Below are positions 33,530 to 34,881 of a stretch of 34,881 nt of DNA, in pieces. Within the stretch, counting starts at the first letter, position 1. The number at the start of each line of letters is the position of its first letter. The notes beneath the pieces were generated by a model. That model worked only from the letters and a program-made list of their open reading frames with translations. It was not told the DNA's origin and did not search any database. The DNA is from Gemmatimonadaceae bacterium (GTDB lineage: Bacteria; Gemmatimonadota; Gemmatimonadetes; Gemmatimonadales; Gemmatimonadaceae). The translations under genes were made by a program, and so were the position numbers. Where the stretch lies: NCBI GenBank assembly GCA_035279645.1, contig DATEHJ010000285.1, positions 1 to 34,881 of the forward strand, in the 5' to 3' direction.

Positions 33530-34792
33530 TTACCCTGGGAGGATCCCCTTCCGCACGTAGATGGGTCTCAAGTATCTCCGCAGCACCGGGAGCCGGATTC
33601 CAAACCAGATCCCCGCACCGACGCACGCGATGCCGCCGAGCAGAATCGTCGTTGGCGCGCCGATGCGATCAGCGAGTACCCCGGCGAGGAGGCTGCCGAG
33701 CGGGGCAGTTCCGAGAAAGGCCATTGTGTAGAAGGACATCACGCGCCCCCGCATGTGCTCCTCGACAATCGTCTGGAGGATCGTATTCGTGGCCGCTGTT
33801 TCAACCATCATACCGCCACCGACGATAGGTAATAGAAGCAGCGAGAGCCACAATAGTCGAGATTGCGAGAACGCGGCTAGTCCAATTCCGAACGCGATCG
33901 TCGACACAACCATGGCCCGGCCAAGCCCGAGCACCGAATTCCGAGACGCCAGATACAATGCGCCGGCGAGCGCCCCCAGGCCGGAAGCAGTCATCAAAAA
34001 GCCCAGCGTATGCGCCCCTCCGTGAAGCGAGTCGCTAGCAACGGCTGGCATGAGCACCGTGTATGGCATCCCCATCGTCGCCACGAGGGCGAGGAGCAGG
34101 AGTGACGATCGCATCGGCAGCGACCGAGACACGTACGCGAATCCGGCGCGAAGCTCCTCGACGACCCTCCCCTCGGCGCGACGGTGGGAGCGGTGGGAGA
34201 CGTGCATGGCGAGCAAAGAGGCGATCACGGCGACATATGAGATCGCGTCGATCATGAAGCACCAACCCTCACCGACCGCGGCGATGACGACCCCGCCGAT
34301 GGAAGGACCGATGATTCGGCTGCCGTTCACCATCGTCGAATTGAGCGCGATTGCGTTCGGCAAGTCGGCACGGTCCTCGATCATGTCGACGATGAACGAT
34401 TGCCGCGCCGGCGTATCAAAGGCGTTGATCACACCCTGCGCGACTTGAAGAGCCAGGATCTCGTTTACGGTGATGATTCCCGGCAATGCGAGCAGCGCGA
34501 GAGCGAGCGACTGCAACATCGAGCACACCTGCGTGATGACGAGAATGCGATGTCGGTCATGCCGGTCGATGAGGACTCCGGCAACGGGGGAAAGGAGAAG
34601 CGACGGGATCTGCCCGCAGAATCCGACGACGCCGAGAAGGAGCGCCGATCCCGTTAGGCGGTAAACGAGCCAGCTCGTCGCGATACGCGTGATCCACGTA
34701 CCGATGAGCGACACGCTCTGCCCGCCGAAAAAGAGCCGATAGTTCCGATGTCTCAGCGCGCGGAGTAAGCGCGGACCTTCCTTGTCGGGCAT
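33530..34792 (-). CDS. MFS transporter (EntS/MFS_3 'transmembrane secretion effector'-like)
   Basis: 12-TM profile. N-terminal LRHRNYRLFFGGQSVSLIGTWITRIATSWLVYRLTGSALLLG is typical of this MFS subfamily. ATG at 34792. Confidence 0.85.
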   Translation of the reverse strand: MPDKEGPRLLRALRHRNYRLFFGGQSVSLIGTWITRIATSWLVYRLTGSALLLGVVGFCGQIPSLLLSPVAGVLIDRHDRHRILVITQVCSMLQSLALALLALPGIITVNEILALQVAQGVINAFDTPARQSFIVDMIEDRADLPNAIALNSTMVNGSRIIGPSIGGVVIAAVGEGWCFMIDAISYVAVIASLLAMHVSHRSHRRAEGRVVEELRAGFAYVSRSLPMRSSLLLLALVATMGMPYTVLMPAVASDSLHGGAHTLGFLMTASGLGALAGALYLASRNSVLGLGRAMVVSTIAFGIGLAAFSQSRLLWLSLLLLPIVGGGMMVETAATNTILQTIVEEHMRGRVMSFYTMAFLGTAPLGSLLAGVLADRIGAPTTILLGGIACVGAGIWFGIRLPVLRRYLRPIYVRKGILPG

Positions 34793-34881
34793 TTCGCGGG
34801 AGCCAGGGGACCAGGTGCGTGGTCTAGGAAAGAATCAAACCACCCTGCCCCCCTCCGCGCGGTCGGGAGCTACGCCGCGTC

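Noticed and set aside
929-34658. TTA codons as a bldA-like developmental translational control, and CCCTAA as a telomere-like repeat.
   Set aside because: The TTA codons are mostly by-products of the CGTTAGGC word, which is equally frequent in frames and orientations that give no TTA. The word is dispersed and single-copy, not tandem, so it is not telomeric.

Overview
High-GC (roughly two-thirds G+C by eye) chromosomal segment from a diderm bacterium, judged from the TonB-dependent receptor, POTRA/Omp85-type and TolC-type genes. The taxon cannot be fixed from sequence alone. I call 27 tightly packed protein-coding genes, many with ATGA/TGATG start-stop overlaps, and found no rRNA, tRNA, CRISPR array, transposase or integrase. 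Left to right: (1) the 3' part of an RND pump translationally coupled to a secreted beta-propeller protein and a PAP2 phosphatase, then PepSY and two more PAP2 genes. (2) An orphan lipoprotein divergent from a LytS/LytTR two-component system, followed by a TonB-dependent receptor and a POTRA-bearing outer-membrane protein. (3) A KdpE-like regulator and an N-terminally truncated KdpD-like kinase, same strand, separated by two opposite-strand genes: a novel internally duplicated 8-TM protein and a KimA-like APC-family putative K+ importer. No kdpFABC is present. (4) A YcbB/LdtD-like L,D-transpeptidase convergent with a LysM + LAS(M15-like) peptidase. (5) A TauE/SafE-DUF1634 pair. (6) A seven-gene minus-strand operon: ECF sigma, anti-sigma, Spy/CpxP-like protein, adaptor, TolC-like OMF, second adaptor, RND pump. 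The pump is interrupted by one in-frame TAG. (7) An MFS transporter. The most unusual signal is not a gene. The non-palindromic word GCCTAACG (core CCTAACG) occurs 25 times in 34.9 kb, in both orientations and all stop-free frames, mostly inside ORFs where it forces rare TTA/CTA/AGG codons. A crude expectation is about 4 copies. This looks like a DNA-level selected genomic word, uptake-signal-like or a protein/modification target. All functional calls rest on remembered family motifs; no database search was run.
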